A stretch of DNA of 64,000 nt from Escherichia coli. GTDB taxonomy: Bacteria; Pseudomonadota; Gammaproteobacteria; Enterobacterales; Enterobacteriaceae. The notes below the pieces were generated by a model. That model saw nothing but the letters and a program-made list of their open reading frames with translations, had not been told where the DNA came from and searched no databases. Below, one piece after another: positions 17,876 to 30,377 of this stretch; within the stretch, counting starts at the first letter, position 1, and each line of letters starts with the position of its first letter. The stretch is taken from the NCBI RefSeq assembly GCF_003991155.1, contig NZ_CP031293.1. One strand, 5' to 3'. The translations under genes and the position numbers were made by a program.

Positions 17876-18808
17876 ATGCGTTTCCGCCAGTTGTTACCGC
17901 TTTTTGGCGCGCTGTTTGCGTTGTATATCATTTGGGGCTCAACCTATTTTGTCATTCGGATTGGAGTGGAAAGCTGGCCTCCATTAATGATGGCGGGCGT
18001 TCGATTCCTGGCAGCCGGTATTTTATTGCTGGCATTTTTGCTACTGCGCGGACACAAACTTCCCCCGCCACGTCCGCTGCTCAATGCCGTGCTGATTGGC
18101 CTGTTATTGCTGGCTGTCGGTAATGGCATGGTGACGGTTGCCGAACATCAAAATGTTCCTTCCGGCATCGCCGCCGTAGTGGTTGCAACCGTGCCCCTCT
18201 TTACCCTGTGCTTCAGCCGCCTGTTTGGCATTAAAACGCGCAAACTGGAATGGGTGGGTATCGCCATTGGGCTTGCCGGAATCATCATGCTCAATAGCGG
18301 TGGAAACTTAAGCGGCAATCCGTGGGGCGCGATTCTTATTTTAATCGGCTCGATTAGCTGGGCGTTTGGCTCGGTTTATGGCTCGGTTTATGGCTCGCGC
18401 ATTACCTTACCTGTAGGGATGATGGCGGGTGCGATTGAGATGCTGGCGGCTGGCGTGGTGTTAATGATTGCGTCGATGATTGCGGGTGAAAAACTGACGG
18501 CGCTCCCTTCCCTTTCAGGCTTCCTTGCGGTCGGCTATCTGGCGCTGTTTGGTTCGATTATCGCCATTAACGCTTATATGTATTTAATCCGCAACGTCAG
18601 TCCGGCTCTCGCCACCAGCTACGCCTACGTTAACCCGGTGGTTGCGGTCTTGCTGGGTACGGGACTGGGCGGCGAAACGCTGTCGAAGATTGAATGGCTG
18701 GCGCTCGGCGTGATTGTCTTCGCGGTGGTACTGGTCACGTTGGGAAAATATCTCTTCCCGGCCAAACCCGTTGTCGCGCCAGTTATTCAGGATGCATCAA
18801 GCGAGTAA
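17876..18808 (+). CDS. yedA: EamA/DMT-family transporter YedA (310 aa here)
   Basis: 10-TM DMT-family protein; contains an in-frame GSVY-GSVY tandem duplication (12-bp repeat near 18367-18390). Confidence 0.9.
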   Translation: MRFRQLLPLFGALFALYIIWGSTYFVIRIGVESWPPLMMAGVRFLAAGILLLAFLLLRGHKLPPPRPLLNAVLIGLLLLAVGNGMVTVAEHQNVPSGIAAVVVATVPLFTLCFSRLFGIKTRKLEWVGIAIGLAGIIMLNSGGNLSGNPWGAILILIGSISWAFGSVYGSVYGSRITLPVGMMAGAIEMLAAGVVLMIASMIAGEKLTALPSLSGFLAVGYLALFGSIIAINAYMYLIRNVSPALATSYAYVNPVVAVLLGTGLGGETLSKIEWLALGVIVFAVVLVTLGKYLFPAKPVVAPVIQDASSE

Positions 18809-19267
18809 ATGAATCCCCTGCGTGTCGATCTGCGCGCTGGCACCTTCGCCGCAGATCCACTCTTCCAGACGCTCGGTAAGCGCCGCATCCGTCAGCTTCT
18901 CGCGCCCACGTAACGCACACTCCCAGACAATCAGTACGCGCCAGCCAAGCTCCTGCAAGCGACTGATATCACGGCGATCCCGCTCAACATTTTTACCTAT
19001 CTTCTCCAGCCAGAACTCGGTTCGAGTCGCAGGCACTTTAAACAGATAGCAGTGATGATGATGCCAGAAGCAGCCATGGGTAAATATCACGCAGCGATAT
19101 TCATCAACGACAAAATCCGGGCGTCCGGGCAGACTGGCGTCCTGAACGCGAAACGCCAGGCCCTGCCCGGTTAACAGACTGGCGAGGCGCTTCTCTATCG
19201 CCGTATCACGCGTGGCAATCGCGCGCATATTTTTGCTGCGAGTGGCCTTATCGTGAACGTCGGCCAT
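18797..19267 (-). CDS. vsr: Very-short-patch repair endonuclease Vsr (156 aa)
   Basis: ORF trimmed to [17 protein letters not shown] start; overlaps 3' end of dcm in a different frame, the classic dcm-vsr arrangement. Confidence 0.92.
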   Translation of the reverse strand: MADVHDKATRSKNMRAIATRDTAIEKRLASLLTGQGLAFRVQDASLPGRPDFVVDEYRCVIFTHGCFWHHHHCYLFKVPATRTEFWLEKIGKNVERDRRDISRLQELGWRVLIVWECALRGREKLTDAALTERLEEWICGEGASAQIDTQGIHLLA

Positions 19268-20666
19268 GTTGTGCCTCTTGCTGACGCAACGCCACCGCCT
19301 GTTTGATTTTTGGCTCAAGCAGTTTTGCCACCGCGGCAAAGACCGGCACGACCACCGAGTTACCGAACTGGCGATAGGCCTGAGTGTCCGAAACCGGAAT
19401 GCGGAATTTCGCTTCTCCCGGCGCTTCAAAACCCATTAAGCGCGCGCATTCACGAGGCGTTAACCGACGTGGACGATGTTGCTGATTCAGCGGATCGTCA
19501 AAGTCTTTCTCACCCGTGGCCATATCCCAGCCGCGGTCGATTAAAATTTCCGCGCCATCCTTGTAATAACGCGCAGACAGCGTACGGGTGACGCTTTGCG
19601 GATTGTTCGGATAAACCATTCCATAACCGAAGCCGTTACCGCGCGCCTGATGTTTTTTCGCATATCGATAGAGGTACTTCCACAGCACCGGCGTCAGGAT
19701 ATATTTTGCCTCAACCATCGGGTCCAGCAGCTGCGCCAGCGTCACTCGCTGTGCAGGGAAACATTTGCTGATATCACGCAGAGTAAAATCGGCTTTCAGA
19801 TTCAGATCGCGACGAAAACCCACCAGCACGATGCGTTCACGGTGCTGCGGCAGGAAATGTTTACCATCGATGATTTTCGGATCGTCCGGCCCGTTATCTT
19901 CTGCATCAGCCACGTCATAGCCCAGTTCGTCCAGCGTCTGCATGATGATGCGGAACGTTTTACCCTGGTCGTGACTTTTCAGGTTTTTGACGTTTTCGAG
20001 CACAAACATCGCCGGACGACGCGCGTCGATAATGCGCACCACATCAAAGAACAGCGTGCCCTGGGTATCGCAGGCAAAACCGTGCGCCCGCCCGAGCGAG
20101 TTCTTTTTCGATACGCCAGCCAGCGAAAATGGCTGACAAGGAAAACCCGCCAGTAATACATCGTGTTCAGGAATGTGTTGACGAATATGTTCCGCCGCCG
20201 CCTCATCACTCACGCCTTCTTTATGGCTGAGGGTGATGTCGCGGATATCTTCATTAAAATGATGCGTCGCCGGGTCGCAATAATGGTTGGCTTTATAAGT
20301 GCGTACCGCATGTTTGTTCCATTCGCTGGTAAACACGCACTGTCCGCCAATCGATTCAAAACCGCGACGAATGCCGCCAATTCCGGCGAATAGATCGATA
20401 AAGCGAAACGCATAATGCGGATGATGTGCCGGTGGTTTGGGTAACAACGTTTGCAGATGGGCGAACTCTTTCTCACTTAAACGGTGCCATACCGAGTCAT
20501 TCGCCAGCGCACGTTTTAAAATTGCCGCGCTCCAGTGATTCTCACCCACACCATTAAGCTGCGCCACCAGCGTTTTAACATCATAAATTTGCAGCAGTTT
20601 CTCCAGCATTACCTGTGCGGCATTCCCGGTGCTGTATGAATCGGTTACTGATAAATTTTCCTGCAT
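19248..20666 (-). CDS. dcm: DNA-cytosine C5-methyltransferase Dcm (472 aa)
   Basis: C5-MTase motifs FAGIGG and PCQPFS; 472 aa. Confidence 0.95.
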   Translation of the reverse strand: MQENLSVTDSYSTGNAAQVMLEKLLQIYDVKTLVAQLNGVGENHWSAAILKRALANDSVWHRLSEKEFAHLQTLLPKPPAHHPHYAFRFIDLFAGIGGIRRGFESIGGQCVFTSEWNKHAVRTYKANHYCDPATHHFNEDIRDITLSHKEGVSDEAAAEHIRQHIPEHDVLLAGFPCQPFSLAGVSKKNSLGRAHGFACDTQGTLFFDVVRIIDARRPAMFVLENVKNLKSHDQGKTFRIIMQTLDELGYDVADAEDNGPDDPKIIDGKHFLPQHRERIVLVGFRRDLNLKADFTLRDISKCFPAQRVTLAQLLDPMVEAKYILTPVLWKYLYRYAKKHQARGNGFGYGMVYPNNPQSVTRTLSARYYKDGAEILIDRGWDMATGEKDFDDPLNQQHRPRRLTPRECARLMGFEAPGEAKFRIPVSDTQAYRQFGNSVVVPVFAAVAKLLEPKIKQAVALRQQEAQHGRRSR

Positions 20667-20732
20667 AGATTTAACCGGCCATCTGAGATGGCCGACAGGT
20701 TAACATAATTACAGCCATTTAGGGCCACGCGC

Positions 20733-21428
20733 TCAGCCCGCGGGTGAAAACGCATCTATCACCTTGTGATCGACACCTTCATTCTCCCCCGCCAGTTCGG
20801 CACTGAGCTTCGCCATAAACTCGACTAAAAATTGCGCGTTGTGCTGCGCCAGCTGCTTGCCTCTTGCGGTTTGCATGGTTTGCGGTAGCTTCAGCAACTT
20901 AGTCTGGAAATGATCCAGCGCGTAGCGTTTATCATCAAGCGGACGATGCTGTGCGAACGGATCTTCACCATCAAACAGCGCCACGCCCAATGCCCCTGAA
21001 ACGGCAAACACGCGCGCCAGGCCAATCGCCCCCAGGGCTTCCAGCCGATCCGCATCCTGGACGATTTTAGCTTCCGTTGTTAAGGGGGCGATTTGCGCGC
21101 TGAAACTGTGAGCGGCAATGGCATGACAAACGGCCTCGATTTTCTCCGCCGGAAATTGCACGAACTCTTCACGGAGCAGGCGACGCGTCTCTTCTGCCGC
21201 CAGGATTGAAGAACGCTGCCGTTGTGGATGATCTTTCGCCAGGCTCACAATATCGTGAAAATAACAGGCGGTTAAAATCACCAGCATATCGACATCGTCA
21301 TCTGCCGCCAGCTTCTGTGCCGTAGCCCAGACGCGGCGAAAATGACATACGTCATGGGCCGCGTCCTGGTGCTGATGATGGTTTTTCAACCAGTTTTCGA
21401 ACTGTGCCTGCCAGTGTTGTAAGTCCAT
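20733..21428 (-). CDS. yedJ: HD-domain phosphohydrolase YedJ (231 aa)
   Basis: HD motif region (CHFRRVW ... HD); ORF trimmed to MDLQHWQAQ start. Confidence 0.88.
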   Translation of the reverse strand: MDLQHWQAQFENWLKNHHQHQDAAHDVCHFRRVWATAQKLAADDDVDMLVILTACYFHDIVSLAKDHPQRQRSSILAAEETRRLLREEFVQFPAEKIEAVCHAIAAHSFSAQIAPLTTEAKIVQDADRLEALGAIGLARVFAVSGALGVALFDGEDPFAQHRPLDDKRYALDHFQTKLLKLPQTMQTARGKQLAQHNAQFLVEFMAKLSAELAGENEGVDHKVIDAFSPAG

Positions 21429-21467
21429 ACGCGCTCCGTTGCCAAAGAGTCGCAACCTTAGCAGTTT

Positions 21468-21851
21468 TTATTCATAGCGTCTGCTACGTGCGGGACGAGG
21501 TCGGGTGTACCAGGCAATGCTGCCTAACAATGCCCCAACCAGAGCCATAAATAAAAAGCCGACCAATGCTCCTAACCACTTCCCCGCGGTAGATCCTAAA
21601 TCACTTTCAAATCCCGACACGGGGGCATCGGGGATCCGGCTCATTACCCAGATGTATCGCGCCATTGCCCAGACGAAATAGCCACACCATGTATAGAAAG
21701 CCCACAAAGCCAATTTGCCGCCAGGGCTGCGAGAGAGTCTCTCTTCCATCTTTGTCGAACCGTATTCCATTTTGAGATAACCCGGAAAATTCAGACTTAG
21801 AACTATTATGTGATAAAAGTCACATTTTTCCACATTGGATGAGCCAGTCAA
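21468..21851 (-). CDS. yedR: Inner membrane protein YedR
   Basis: Small two-TM protein downstream of yedJ; start codon uncertain. Confidence 0.75.
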   Translation of the reverse strand: MTGSSNVEKCDFYHIIVLSLNFPGYLKMEYGSTKMEERLSRSPGGKLALWAFYTWCGYFVWAMARYIWVMSRIPDAPVSGFESDLGSTAGKWLGALVGFLFMALVGALLGSIAWYTRPRPARSRRYE

Positions 21852-22398
21852 GACTCAATCATTTTTTGAACAAATAGATAATTTTTGCGCAATGGCAGTG
21901 AATACAGGAAAAATCGTTTTGAGCGATTTTATTTATCTTTGATATCGGCTTTATTAATTCATTCAATCAATATATTAGCACTGATTACAATTATACCTTT
22001 TTATTTTTCTGTGTCATGATGCCTCCGTTATTAGCCTTTTATCGTCTTGTTTATATTTTTTGGGCCGGCATGATGCCGGCTTTTTTTATGCCTTCATTAA
22101 TGTGCGCGTGATCACACCAGCCGTTTGGCGCAACAATCATTGATACCCCCCATGTTTCCGCTCAACTCATAACATATTGATATACATTTATAATTTTCAT
22201 GAATATTTATATTTAGAATTCATAATTCTGAATTATATCAAATAGATTAGAAACATTTTGAAATCTTTTAAATACATTTGTTACATGTAATCTTTAAAAT
22301 AAAATGAACTTCATAGAATAGTATCCAAATGTGCTTTTTTTTGGATAACGGCACTTATTGATATATTCATGAAGATTATAATCACAAGGGAATACATA

Positions 22399-23472
22399 AT
22401 GAAAAGAAAAGTTCTGGCAATGCTGGTCCCGGCGTTATTAGTTGCTGGCGCAGCAAATGCGGCTGAAATTTATAATAAAGATGGCAATAAAGTTGATTTC
22501 TACGGCAAGATGGTTGGCGAACGCATCTGGTCAAATACTGATGATAATAACAGCGAAAACGAAGATACCTCCTATGCTCGTTTCGGTGTTAAAGGTGAAA
22601 CCCAAATCACCAGCGAACTGACTGGTTTTGGTCAGTTTGAATACAACCTCGACGCCAGCAAGCCCGAAGGCTCTAATCAGGAAAAAACCCGTTTAACCTT
22701 CGCAGGTTTGAAATATAACGAGTTAGGATCTTTCGACTATGGTCGTAACTACGGTGTTGCTTATGATGCCGCAGCTTATACCGATATGTTAGTTGAATGG
22801 GGTGGTGATTCCTGGGCGTCCGCTGACAACTTCATGAACGGTCGTACCAACGGTGTTGCAACCTACCGTAACTCTGATTTCTTTGGTCTGGTTGATGGTC
22901 TGAATTTTGCTGTGCAATATCAAGGTAAGAACAGCAATCGTGGCGTTACTAAACAAAACGGTGATGGCTATGCGTTGTCTGTAGACTACAACATCGAAGG
23001 TTTTGGTTTTGTAGGTGCATATAGCAAATCTGATCGTACTAATGAACAAGCTGGTGACGGCTACGGTGATAACGCTGAAGTGTGGTCATTAGCAGCCAAG
23101 TATGATGCAAATAATATCTATGCAGCAATGATGTACGGTGAAACCCGCAACATGACCGTTTTGGCTAATGATCATTTTGCAAATAAAACCCAAAACTTTG
23201 AAGCTGTTGTACAGTATCAGTTCGACTTCGGTTTACGTCCGTCTTTAGGCTACGTATATTCCAAAGGCAAAGATCTTTATGCTCGTGATGGACATAAAGG
23301 TGTTGATGCTGACCGCGTAAATTATATCGAAGTTGGTACCTGGTACTACTTCAATAAGAACATGAACGTCTACACAGCATACAAATTTAACCTGCTGGAT
23401 AAAGACGATGCAGCGATTACCGATGCCGCAACTGATGACCAGTTTGCAGTTGGTATCGTCTACCAGTTCTAA
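22399..23472 (+). CDS. yedS: OmpC/OmpF-family general porin, intact YedS-type
   Basis: Signal peptide [21 protein letters not shown] then [15 protein letters not shown], typical porin beta-barrel sequence ending in F; lies between yedR and hchA. Confidence 0.85.
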   Translation: MKRKVLAMLVPALLVAGAANAAEIYNKDGNKVDFYGKMVGERIWSNTDDNNSENEDTSYARFGVKGETQITSELTGFGQFEYNLDASKPEGSNQEKTRLTFAGLKYNELGSFDYGRNYGVAYDAAAYTDMLVEWGGDSWASADNFMNGRTNGVATYRNSDFFGLVDGLNFAVQYQGKNSNRGVTKQNGDGYALSVDYNIEGFGFVGAYSKSDRTNEQAGDGYGDNAEVWSLAAKYDANNIYAAMMYGETRNMTVLANDHFANKTQNFEAVVQYQFDFGLRPSLGYVYSKGKDLYARDGHKGVDADRVNYIEVGTWYYFNKNMNVYTAYKFNLLDKDDAAITDAATDDQFAVGIVYQF

Positions 23473-23516
23473 TCAGCCAACGCGCCGCGGCGTGTTACTG
23501 TAAAACTTAACACTAG

Positions 23517-23552
23517 CCTGAGTTCGTCCCTCATCGAACTCAGGCTTTTTTA
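23517..23552 (+). terminator. Rho-independent terminator after porin gene
   Basis: Inverted repeat CCTGAGTTCG...CGAACTCAGG followed by T-run. Confidence 0.7.
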
Positions 23553-24063
23553 TTGGCATTTCATCTCCCTCTGCGGCACATGCAATTGCCAAAGCATATC
23601 GATACAGTACCTTACCCTGCCCCTGCTGGCACAATAACATCTACCCGCGACTCTTCCAGCCAACACCCAAATGCATTTCTTTATGAATTAATCTGCAACA
23701 AAACCGCCTCCCATACAGAAATATTTGCAAAAAAAGTGCATGGAAAAAGCTTTTTCTCTACCAATCCGGGATATAAATATTCATCAGCACCACAATATTC
23801 CACAGCACTAAATCTCTCCCTGCCGCCCCGTACCTCTGATAATGGTCTAAAATCATTGAGGCCACTTGCGACGACGTTGTTCAATAAGGAAAATTTGGCG
23901 TGAATAATATTCAACACCAGTGCAGCATCATCATTACATACTTACACCCGCCGACTACCGCTTTCGATATATTGACTCAATTTTCCAGCCTGGTTAAAAA
24001 TAGCGACCAGCTCAGTCGCAAATATAGTGACTACCCTAACTAAGCAACAACAAGGAATACACT

Positions 24064-24915
24064 ATGACTGTTCAAATAAGTAAAAATCCGCAGGTCGATA
24101 TTGCTGAAGATAATGCCTTCTTCCCTTCAGAATATTCGCTTAGCCAATATACCAGTCCCGTCTCTGATCTTGATGGCGTGGACTACCCAAAACCGTATCG
24201 CGGTAAACATAAAATTCTGGTGATCGCCGCGGACGAACGTTATTTGCCGACCGATAACGGCAAACTTTTTTCGACCGGTAACCATCCGATTGAAACGTTG
24301 CTGCCGTTGTATCATCTCCATGCTGCAGGTTTCGAATTCGAAGTGGCGACGATTTCCGGTCTGATGACCAAGTTTGAATACTGGGCTATGCCACACAAAG
24401 ATGAAAAAGTAATGCCATTCTTTGAGCAGCATAAATCGTTGTTCCGTAATCCGAAGAAACTCGCGGATGTTGTCGCCAGCCTCAACGCAGACAGCGAATA
24501 TGCAGCAATCTTTGTTCCTGGTGGTCATGGCGCACTTATTGGTTTACCTGAAAGCCAGGACGTGGCTGCCGCTTTACAGTGGGCAATCAAAAATGACCGT
24601 TTTGTTATCTCCCTTTGCCACGGCCCGGCGGCTTTTCTGGCGCTTCGCCACGGCGATAACCCACTGAATGGTTATTCTATTTGCGCATTCCCAGACGCCG
24701 CAGACAAACAAACGCCAGAGATAGGCTATATGCCGGGTCATCTCACCTGGTACTTCGGCGAAGAGCTGAAGAAAATGGGCATGAACATCATTAATGACGA
24801 CATCACCGGGCGAGTACATAAGGACCGTAAAGTTCTCACCGGCGACAGTCCTTTCGCAGCGAATGCGTTGGGTAAACTGGCGGCGCAGGAAATGCTGGCA
24901 GCTTACGCGGGTTAA
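24064..24915 (+). CDS. hchA: Glyoxalase III / protein deglycase Hsp31 (283 aa)
   Basis: 283 aa, DJ-1/PfpI-class sequence with catalytic Cys context SLCHGPAA. Confidence 0.93.
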   Translation: MTVQISKNPQVDIAEDNAFFPSEYSLSQYTSPVSDLDGVDYPKPYRGKHKILVIAADERYLPTDNGKLFSTGNHPIETLLPLYHLHAAGFEFEVATISGLMTKFEYWAMPHKDEKVMPFFEQHKSLFRNPKKLADVVASLNADSEYAAIFVPGGHGALIGLPESQDVAAALQWAIKNDRFVISLCHGPAAFLALRHGDNPLNGYSICAFPDAADKQTPEIGYMPGHLTWYFGEELKKMGMNIINDDITGRVHKDRKVLTGDSPFAANALGKLAAQEMLAAYAG

Positions 24916-24949
24916 TCCCTGTTACATTGTAATGTAAGCGTATAATCAA

Positions 24950-24988
24950 TCGCAGCCACGTTAATACTCACGACGTGGCTGCGTTTTT
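24950..24988. terminator. Hairpin terminator between convergent hchA and hprS
   Basis: GCAGCCACG...CGTGGCTGC stem followed by TTTTTT. Confidence 0.65.
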
Positions 24989-25022
24989 TCACGGTTAATT
25001 TATGGCGTACTGAAGCCCGATG

Positions 25023-26381
25023 TTAATTTCTTTGCGGTAACGTAATCCGGAACACATTATGCTTATTGAGATAGTGATACGTAGCACTTCCCCCATGCAA
25101 TTCGGCAATCGCTTTGACTAAAGAAAGACCAAGTCCCTGACCTACGGAATGACGCGAATTATCTCCCCGCCAAAATCTACGGAAGAGTTTTTCAGGCTCA
25201 TGAATTTTCGTTCCAGGACTGGCGATATCAATATTAAGAGAACCGTTGGTATCAAGAAAACTGGTTATCTGAATACGCGATTTTTCTGGCGAATATCGAA
25301 TAGCGTTAACAATAAGATTCGATAACATTCGTTGTAGTAAAATTTTATCCGCAAAGATGTGCTGATTGCACTCGACCTTAAAGCAAATCTCTTTCTCGTC
25401 TGAAAGGTATTCAAGATAGTCCAACAAATTTTCGACTTCATTATTGAGAGAAAGCGAGTCCAGTTTCACCAAAACATTATTTTTATCTGCCCTGGCAAGA
25501 AACAGTATGTTCTCTGTTAACCGCGAAATATTTTCCAGCTCTTCAATGTTTCCGGCAATTGTTTTTTGATATTCAGCGATACTTCTGGTTTGACTGAGCG
25601 TAACCTGATTATGACCCAGTAATGCATTAATTGGCGTTCTAAGTTCATGAGCGAGATCGTCAGCAAACTGACTTAGACGCTCAAAATCTTTGACTAAAGC
25701 TTGGTGCATTTTATTCAACGCCTGCCCAAGAGGTTTTAGTTCTCTCGGTAATGCGCTAACCTCAACAGGCTCTCGGCTATCGTTATAATTCAGCGCTTCC
25801 GTTACACCACTCAACTTTTTGATCTCTCGTAACCCCGTTCTGATTAACAACGGACTTAATACTGAGCACAGTATAATGGCGACAATGCAAATTATAATGC
25901 TATTAATTTTATACTGTTCAAGCATGTTATGTCTGGCTGAAGCCAATTTAGCCACAGTAACCGTTAATGATGGCGAAACTTCATCAATATTAATTCGTAA
26001 AGCATCTATCTCTGTGTCATTAATAATGCTTCTGTAAATGCCAGCTGCGCTAATTGTCTCACTAGCAGGTATGTTATTTAACATGCCATCACTGACATTT
26101 GTCCGGTTAACAATTTTATTGATGCCATCACCATGAATGATCAAGATATCCTGACTAACATCCATCATCCGGTTAAAGTACACAGGTAACGTATCTGGAT
26201 TTACCCCATCAATTAACAACTGCTTGATCTGCGCTGTCCGGTTAATGAGTGTTGTATCATCGCGCCATTTCAACTCACTTGCCAGGCCATTATAGAGAGT
26301 CCAGACAATTCCAGCGCCAGCAACAGACAGCAGCAATATAAAAAGCAAGGTTAAACGGACGGTTATAGATAATCTTTTCAT
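25023..26381 (-). CDS. hprS: Two-component sensor histidine kinase HprS/YedV (452 aa)
   Basis: Two TM segments, HAMP, H-box LAHELRTP, HATPase C-terminus. Confidence 0.92.
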   Translation of the reverse strand: MKRLSITVRLTLLFILLLSVAGAGIVWTLYNGLASELKWRDDTTLINRTAQIKQLLIDGVNPDTLPVYFNRMMDVSQDILIIHGDGINKIVNRTNVSDGMLNNIPASETISAAGIYRSIINDTEIDALRINIDEVSPSLTVTVAKLASARHNMLEQYKINSIIICIVAIILCSVLSPLLIRTGLREIKKLSGVTEALNYNDSREPVEVSALPRELKPLGQALNKMHQALVKDFERLSQFADDLAHELRTPINALLGHNQVTLSQTRSIAEYQKTIAGNIEELENISRLTENILFLARADKNNVLVKLDSLSLNNEVENLLDYLEYLSDEKEICFKVECNQHIFADKILLQRMLSNLIVNAIRYSPEKSRIQITSFLDTNGSLNIDIASPGTKIHEPEKLFRRFWRGDNSRHSVGQGLGLSLVKAIAELHGGSATYHYLNKHNVFRITLPQRN

Positions 26382-27052
26382 TATTTTTTTACCGCTACGA
26401 ATGAATAGCCCATCCCCCGGATTGTGGCGATTAGCTTTTCAGGAAAAGGATCATCAACTTTTGCGCGGAGCCTGCGAATGGCGACGTCCACCGTATTGGT
26501 ATCACTATCAAAGTTGATTCCCCAAATTTCACTCGCAATAACCGTTCTGGGGATAATCTCGCCAGCTCTGGAGGCCAGTAGCCAAAGTAACTGAAACTCC
26601 TTGCGCGTCAGTGTAATACTGATATTGTCCCTGCTCACACTTTGACTAACAGAGTCCATTCTTAAGCCGCTGATTTCTAATGATGAATTCAGAGCGTGAT
26701 GTTGCCTTAATTGTGCCCGAACCCTTGCCAGCAACTCAGAAAATGAAAAAGGTTTTACCAGATAATCATTTGCTCCACTGTCCAGCCCTCTGACTCTGTC
26801 ATCGACAGAATCCCTTGCAGTAAGGCAAATAACAGGGGTTTGCTTTGCTGTTCTTAACGTTTGTAAGATCTGCCAGCCATCCATACCCGGAAGCATAATA
26901 TCCAGAATGATCAATGCATAATCATCCTTCAGCGCAAGATAAAGCCCATCTCTGCCATCTGAAACGGCATCAATGACATAACCCGCTTCGGAAAGCCCCT
27001 GCGTTACCCATTCCTGGGTCCTTTGATTATCTTCAATAAGTAGAATCTTCAT
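26381..27052 (-). CDS. hprR: OmpR-family response regulator HprR/YedW (223 aa)
   Basis: ORF trimmed to MKILLIEDN start; receiver plus winged-helix domain; stop overlaps hprS start. Confidence 0.92.
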   Translation of the reverse strand: MKILLIEDNQRTQEWVTQGLSEAGYVIDAVSDGRDGLYLALKDDYALIILDIMLPGMDGWQILQTLRTAKQTPVICLTARDSVDDRVRGLDSGANDYLVKPFSFSELLARVRAQLRQHHALNSSLEISGLRMDSVSQSVSRDNISITLTRKEFQLLWLLASRAGEIIPRTVIASEIWGINFDSDTNTVDVAIRRLRAKVDDPFPEKLIATIRGMGYSFVAVKK

Positions 27053-27184
27053 GAAAATAATATGCCATAAATCATATGTTATAGAAACAGCCTGGTTCAT
27101 TACAAAATTGTAATGCTGCTGTAAGGTTACCCTGGACGTTTTTTCGCTATCCTCAAAACTCATTCACATGACAAGGATATAAAC

Positions 27185-27598
27185 ATGTTAAAGCGTTATT
27201 TAGTACTCTCCGTAGTAACGGCTGCATTTTCATTACCTTCTTTGGTTTATGCCGCACAACAAAACATTCTTAGCGTGCACATTTTGAACCAGCAAACAGG
27301 AAAACCCGCTGCCGACGTGACAGTCACTCTTGAAAAGAAAGCGGATAACGGCTGGTTACAACTTAATACCGCCAAAACAGATAAGGATGGACGAATTAAG
27401 GCACTGTGGCCCGAGCAAACTGCGACTACTGGCGATTACCGTGTCGTATTTAAAACCGGGGACTATTTCAAGAAACAAAATCTTGAAAGTTTCTTCCCTG
27501 AGATCCCCGTTGAATTTCATATTAATAAAGTGAACGAGCATTATCATGTGCCTTTGTTACTCAGCCAATATGGGTATTCAACCTATCGTGGCAGTTAA
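27185..27598 (+). CDS. hiuH: 5-hydroxyisourate hydrolase (transthyretin-like periplasmic protein) HiuH/YedX
   Basis: 137 aa with signal peptide, C-terminal YRGS motif of the transthyretin/HIUase family. Confidence 0.92.
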   Translation: MLKRYLVLSVVTAAFSLPSLVYAAQQNILSVHILNQQTGKPAADVTVTLEKKADNGWLQLNTAKTDKDGRIKALWPEQTATTGDYRVVFKTGDYFKKQNLESFFPEIPVEFHINKVNEHYHVPLLLSQYGYSTYRGS

Positions 27599-27700
27599 TG
27601 CATAAATATGTAAAAGCAGATCTCTGCTACTGTTAGGGAGGACACTCCCTGACAGATTAACAATAAACGGCTCTTGCTGGCTAAAGACAAAAAAGTGTGA

Positions 27701-28711
<1,011 letters not shown>

Positions 28712-29347
28712 ATGCGTCTGACAGCAAAACAGGTGACATGGCTGAAAGTTTGCCTGCATCTTGCCGGATTGTTGCCGTTTCTCTGGCTGGTCTGGGCGAT
28801 TAATCACGGTGGACTGGGTGCCGATCCGGTGAAAGATATTCAGCATTTTACCGGTCGCACTGCACTGAAATTTTTGCTGGCGACCTTGTTAATCACACCT
28901 CTGGCACGCTACGCAAAACAGCCGTTATTGATACGCACTCGCCGCCTGTTAGGATTATGGTGCTTTGCCTGGGCGACACTGCATTTAACCAGTTACGCAT
29001 TGCTGGAGCTGGGCGTGAATAATCTGGCGTTATTAGGTAAGGAGTTAATTACCCGGCCTTATTTAACGTTAGGTATTATCAGCTGGGTAATTTTGCTTGC
29101 GTTAGCGTTCACTTCAACCCAGGCGATGCAGCGAAAACTCGGCAAACACTGGCAACAGTTGCATAACTTCGTCTATCTTGTCGCGATCCTGGCCCCAATA
29201 CATTATCTGTGGTCAGTGAAGATTATTTCACCGCAGCCACTCATCTACGCTGGGCTGGCTGTACTGCTTTTAGCCTTACGGTATAAGAAGTTGCTTTCCC
29301 TTTTCAACCGGTTACGCAAGCAGGCCCACAACAAATTATCTCTATAA
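28712..29347 (+). CDS. msrQ: Methionine sulfoxide reductase haem-binding membrane subunit MsrQ/YedZ (211 aa)
   Basis: Polytopic membrane protein immediately after msrP. Confidence 0.93.
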   Translation: MRLTAKQVTWLKVCLHLAGLLPFLWLVWAINHGGLGADPVKDIQHFTGRTALKFLLATLLITPLARYAKQPLLIRTRRLLGLWCFAWATLHLTSYALLELGVNNLALLGKELITRPYLTLGIISWVILLALAFTSTQAMQRKLGKHWQQLHNFVYLVAILAPIHYLWSVKIISPQPLIYAGLAVLLLALRYKKLLSLFNRLRKQAHNKLSL

Positions 29348-29380
29348 CTTCATATTGCCGACAAACTTCGCGTTATCCCG

Positions 29381-29411
29381 GCCGGATGCGGCGCGAGCGC
29401 CCTATCCGGCC
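29381..29411. repeat. REP (repetitive extragenic palindromic) element
   Basis: GCCGGATGCGGCGCGAGCGCCCTATCCGGCC, classic E. coli REP consensus-like palindrome. Confidence 0.7.
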
Positions 29412-29604
29412 CACACAGATCGCATCAGGTTATGTTTCGTTTGTCATCAACCTTTCATCACCAGAATAATTTATTTTATTTCAATAAGATAGTTCAATAC
29501 ACCTGAGAATACCATGCTCTCATTTCCTAATGAGTTGTTGCATTTTTTCATATGTTACAATATAACATTACACATCATGTACATTAACTCTGGAGGAAAC
29601 TGTT

Positions 29605-30255
29605 TTGGCGATTCGTCTTCATAAACTGGCTGTTGCTTTTGGTGTCTTTATTGTCAGCGCTCCTGCCTTTTCGCATGGTCATCACTCACACGGCAAACCT
29701 TTAACAGAGATCGAACAAAAAGCTGCTAATGGTGTTTTTGATGATGCCAATGTACAAAATCGAACGCTCAGTGACTGGGATGGAGTCTGGCAATCCGTTT
29801 ATCCTTTACTGCAAAGTGGCAAACTTGACCCCGTCTTTCAGAAGAAAGCGGATGCAGATAAAACTAAAACATTTGCTGAAATTAAAGATTATTATCACAA
29901 AGGTTATGCGACAGATATCGAGATGATTGGCATTGAGGACGGCATTGTTGAATTCCATAGAAATAATGAAACAACATCCTGCAAATATGATTACGATGGA
30001 TACAAAATACTCACCTATAAATCAGGCAAGAAAGGCGTTCGTTACTTATTCGAATGTAAAGATCCTGAAAGCAAAGCCCCTAAATATATTCAATTTAGCG
30101 ATCATATAATTGCACCACGAAAATCATCTCATTTTCACATTTTTATGGGTAATGATTCCCAGCAATCTTTATTGAATGAAATGGAAAACTGGCCAACGTA
30201 TTATCCCTATCAGTTGAGTAGCGAAGAAGTAGTCGAGGAGATGATGTCTCATTGA
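29605..30255 (+). CDS. zinT: Periplasmic zinc/cadmium-binding protein ZinT/YodA (216 aa)
   Basis: Signal peptide then His-rich HGHHSHGKP motif; 216 aa. Confidence 0.93.
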   Translation: MAIRLHKLAVAFGVFIVSAPAFSHGHHSHGKPLTEIEQKAANGVFDDANVQNRTLSDWDGVWQSVYPLLQSGKLDPVFQKKADADKTKTFAEIKDYYHKGYATDIEMIGIEDGIVEFHRNNETTSCKYDYDGYKILTYKSGKKGVRYLFECKDPESKAPKYIQFSDHIIAPRKSSHFHIFMGNDSQQSLLNEMENWPTYYPYQLSSEEVVEEMMSH

Positions 30256-30343
30256 TTTTTTTGCGCTGACTTCAATTATTTAACAGAACAGTGCCTGGTA
30301 GTAACGACAATAATTTACCAAGACAAATAAATAAGACAAACTC

Positions 30344-30377
30344 AGACACGCTCATGCTTGAGACGTGTCTTTTTTAT
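30344..30377 (+). terminator. Rho-independent terminator downstream of zinT
   Basis: AGACACG...CGTGTCT hairpin followed by TTTTTTATT. Confidence 0.7.

Noticed and set aside
22055-22090. Hairpin with T-run (GCCGGCATGATGCCGGC TTTTTTT) in the yedR-yedS divergent region
   Set aside because: Terminator-like, but no upstream plus-strand gene to terminate; cannot assign a function from sequence alone
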